Source: an uncultured Acidobacteriota bacterium (lineage in GTDB: Bacteria; Acidobacteriota; Blastocatellia; Pyrinomonadales; Pyrinomonadaceae). Taken from it: a stretch of DNA of 64,000 nucleotides. The stretch covers positions 19,816 through 83,815 of the forward strand of contig CAWEPR010000016.1 of the NCBI GenBank assembly GCA_963811065.1. Direction: 5' to 3'. Below the pieces are notes generated by a model, which had not been told where the DNA came from, made no database searches, and saw only the letters and a list, made by a program, of their open reading frames with translations. Positions 62,051 to 64,000 of the stretch are shown here, in pieces. Both the position numbers and the translations under genes were made by a program. Position 1 is the stretch's first letter; each line of letters starts with the position of its first letter.

Positions 62051-63466
62051 TTATTCTCCCACCTGGCTGATGAATACCGCCTTGTCTATTCGCTGTGGGT
62101 CGCCGAGGACGACGAAGCGAATGTTGCGCATGTATTTCTGCGCGGCTCGCTGCACGTCCACCGGTGACACGGCGCGCAGGTGCGAGAGCATGTCGAAAGC
62201 GCGACGCCAACCGCCGCCGATTAATTCATACTCGGCGAGGTTTGCCGCTTGAGCCGCGTTTGTTTCCTGGCTCAGGTAATAGGTGGTCAGGTATTGCGAG
62301 ATGACGCCGATGATGTCCCGCTGGTCAATCGGCTGGGTTTGTAGCCGCTTAATCTCGCCCAGCATGACGCGCACCGCCTGATTCGCGTCAACCGCCGTCA
62401 CGTAAATGCCGCCGACGTTTGCGCCCTGACTGTTCAGAAAGGCGTTCGGCGCGTATGAGAGATTACGCTTGACGCGCACCTCTTCAAAAACGCGGTCGCG
62501 CAGGATGCTCGAAGCAATCTGCATCGCATGGATGTCGTCTCCGGTCAGGGGCGGCGCGGTGAACAGACCCTGAATGTAATTGGTCGGCAATCCACGCTGC
62601 GTGACCTCGACCGTCGGAGCGACAAATGTAAGTTGCGGCACAGGCTCTTGAGCGTATTTGCCGCGCGGAAGTATGCCGAAAGAGGCAGCCACCGATGTAC
62701 GCAGGACGGCGGGGTCTAGGTCGCCGACGACGACCAGCAACATCCTTGAGGTCTGCATCGCCTGCTGGTGATACTTGCGCACGTCTTCAAGCGTCAGCCG
62801 GGCAATTGATTCGGCTGTGCCCTGCGGGCGGTTCAGATAAGGATGGCCGCTATAAGCGACGCGTTCCTGAAGCCGCTGCAAGTATGTGTCAGGATCGTCA
62901 GAATCATCCCGCAGCCCGGAGACTTTGCGGTTCTGCACGAGCGCGAAATCTTCTTTGGTGAATGAAGGTCGGAGCGCCACGTCCGTGAAGATTTCCCACG
63001 AGCGGTCGAAATTCTGGCGCGTCGAGGTGAGCGACAAAACCGAGTAGTCGTAGTTTTCGCTGGCACTCAGGAGCGTCCCCATGCGCGAGAGTTCCGCGCG
63101 CAATTTCTCACGCGGGAAGCCTGTGCTCGCTTCCGTCGCCACGTCCAGCATCAGGGATTCGATGCCAGCGTTCTCCGCCGTAATGTTGCGCGAGCCGCCG
63201 CGCAGGAATAGTCCGGCGGCAACCGTCTGGCTGCCCGCGCGTCGCTTGACCAGCACCTTCAGGCCATTGACCTCAAACTCCGTGACGAGCGCGGCAGCCC
63301 GACGCTCTGCGACCGACTGTGCTTCATCTGCCTTCGGCGCGGGCTTCGCCGCCTGCCCGGCTGGCGCGGCATTCGGCTTCTCAACATTCTGCGCCCATAC
63401 ACCCGTCGCACCGCCACCCATCAACGCGAACACCGCCACCAGGACAAGCGACAACACCGAACGCAT
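62051..63466 (-). CDS. M16-family peptidase-like protein, probably the non-catalytic subunit
   Basis: M16 fold blocks are present, but the HxxEH position reads GIESLM. I moved the start to the ATG at 63466 (MRSVLSLVLVAVFAL) because the upstream codons translate a heptad repeat. Confidence 0.65.
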   Translation of the reverse strand: MRSVLSLVLVAVFALMGGGATGVWAQNVEKPNAAPAGQAAKPAPKADEAQSVAERRAAALVTEFEVNGLKVLVKRRAGSQTVAAGLFLRGGSRNITAENAGIESLMLDVATEASTGFPREKLRAELSRMGTLLSASENYDYSVLSLTSTRQNFDRSWEIFTDVALRPSFTKEDFALVQNRKVSGLRDDSDDPDTYLQRLQERVAYSGHPYLNRPQGTAESIARLTLEDVRKYHQQAMQTSRMLLVVVGDLDPAVLRTSVAASFGILPRGKYAQEPVPQLTFVAPTVEVTQRGLPTNYIQGLFTAPPLTGDDIHAMQIASSILRDRVFEEVRVKRNLSYAPNAFLNSQGANVGGIYVTAVDANQAVRVMLGEIKRLQTQPIDQRDIIGVISQYLTTYYLSQETNAAQAANLAEYELIGGGWRRAFDMLSHLRAVSPVDVQRAAQKYMRNIRFVVLGDPQRIDKAVFISQVGE

Positions 63467-63495
63467 AAATTCAGAACCGGAGTTCACACGCCTTC

Positions 63496-63528
63496 CACTG
63501 AAAACTGAGAACTGAAAACTGAAAGCTG
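63496..63528. repeat. Solo heptad block of the CAGTTTT/CTGAAAA family
   Basis: CA CTGAAAA CTGAGAA CTGAAAA CTGAAAG CTG, with no complementary arm nearby. It lies in the junction between the two M16 genes. Confidence 0.8.
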
Positions 63529-63534
63529 TTTTTC

Positions 63535-64000
63535 TCATTGCCCGATTAACTCCTCCGGTTTTAATTGAATTTGCTGCTGCGCTTCTTCAGAAATCAGAAC
63601 GAGTCCGACGTGCGGCTTGCCCTGAATGTAGGTTGTGATGTAGCGGCTGATGTCGGCGCGCGTCGTGCGACGCAGATTCTGTAAGTAGCCGCGAAAATAC
63701 TCAAGGCCCGTGGAAGCCCACCAGAACGAGAGCGTGTGCGCGTATTCCGAGAGCTTCTCGCGCGAATAGAGGTCGTCGGCTTCGAGCAGGGATTTAGCAC
63801 TCTCAAGCTGCTCGTCCGTGAAATAATCCTTGTCATTAAAATGCGCGACTTCGTTGTAGATGGCTTTGAGTGCGGCGCGCGCCTTGTCCGGGGGCGTCTG
63901 CGCGATGATTTGAATCGGGCCGACGTTGCGCTGCGTCAGGTAGCCGATGGTGACGCCGTTGACCAATCCGGTATCAACCAGAGCGCGCTGAAAACGCGAG
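63535..64000 (-). CDS. M16-family peptidase, C-terminal part; N-terminus lies beyond the window
   Basis: The frame stays open upstream of the ORF-track start to the window edge (SRFQRALVDTGLVNGVTIGYL). The C-terminal domain is M16-like, and the gene overlaps the next M16 gene by 4 nt if that gene starts at 63538. Confidence 0.6.
   Translation of the reverse strand, partial: SRFQRALVDTGLVNGVTIGYLTQRNVGPIQIIAQTPPDKARAALKAIYNEVAHFNDKDYFTDEQLESAKSLLEADDLYSREKLSEYAHTLSFWWASTGLEYFRGYLQNLRRTTRADISRYITTYIQGKPHVGLVLISEEAQQQIQLKPEELIGQ

Overview
GC-rich bacterial chromosomal segment. The gene content suggests Acidobacteria: tandem VWFA-related secreted proteins, a CarboxypepD_reg-type TonB-dependent receptor, and many secreted hypotheticals. 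This assignment is an inference, not a search result. I support about 55 protein-coding loci: selB, dapF, a dnaK-dnaJ-hspR operon, an LPS-heptose pair (hldE-like kinase plus GT9), a cytochrome P450, a GT39/flippase-like pair, acyl-CoA dehydrogenase plus a fused 2-oxoacid dehydrogenase E1, an M16 peptidase pair, a sigma-54 activator, an HD-GYP protein, and two type II toxin-antitoxin pairs. I found no rRNA, tRNA, CRISPR array, transposase or integrase. Three things stand out. (1) Almost every intergenic gap carries an A/T-rich imperfect palindrome whose arms are tandem degenerate 7-nt units. At least eight sequence families recur 2-4 times in the window, and they occur at divergent promoters as well as at gene 3' ends. 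(2) Single-base frame disruptions are very dense and clustered at about 7.8-10.5 kb, 19.7-24.5 kb and 32.2-37.6 kb. They hit even dnaJ and the dnaK C-terminus, so assembly indel error is more likely than real pseudogenisation. (3) There are several unusual architectures and regulatory arrangements: an SLC13 permease with a C-terminal DUF11 domain; a winged-helix / alpha-beta hydrolase / degenerate cyclase protein; an FHA-GAF sigma-54 activator facing a sigma-54 promoter; a decayed 3' remnant of a second activator; an EVE-HNH nuclease gene with an in-frame TGA in an A/T-richer islet beside vapBC; and a highly structured 418-nt leader region before a 3D-domain gene. All coordinates and motifs were read by eye from the sequence, and no database search was possible.
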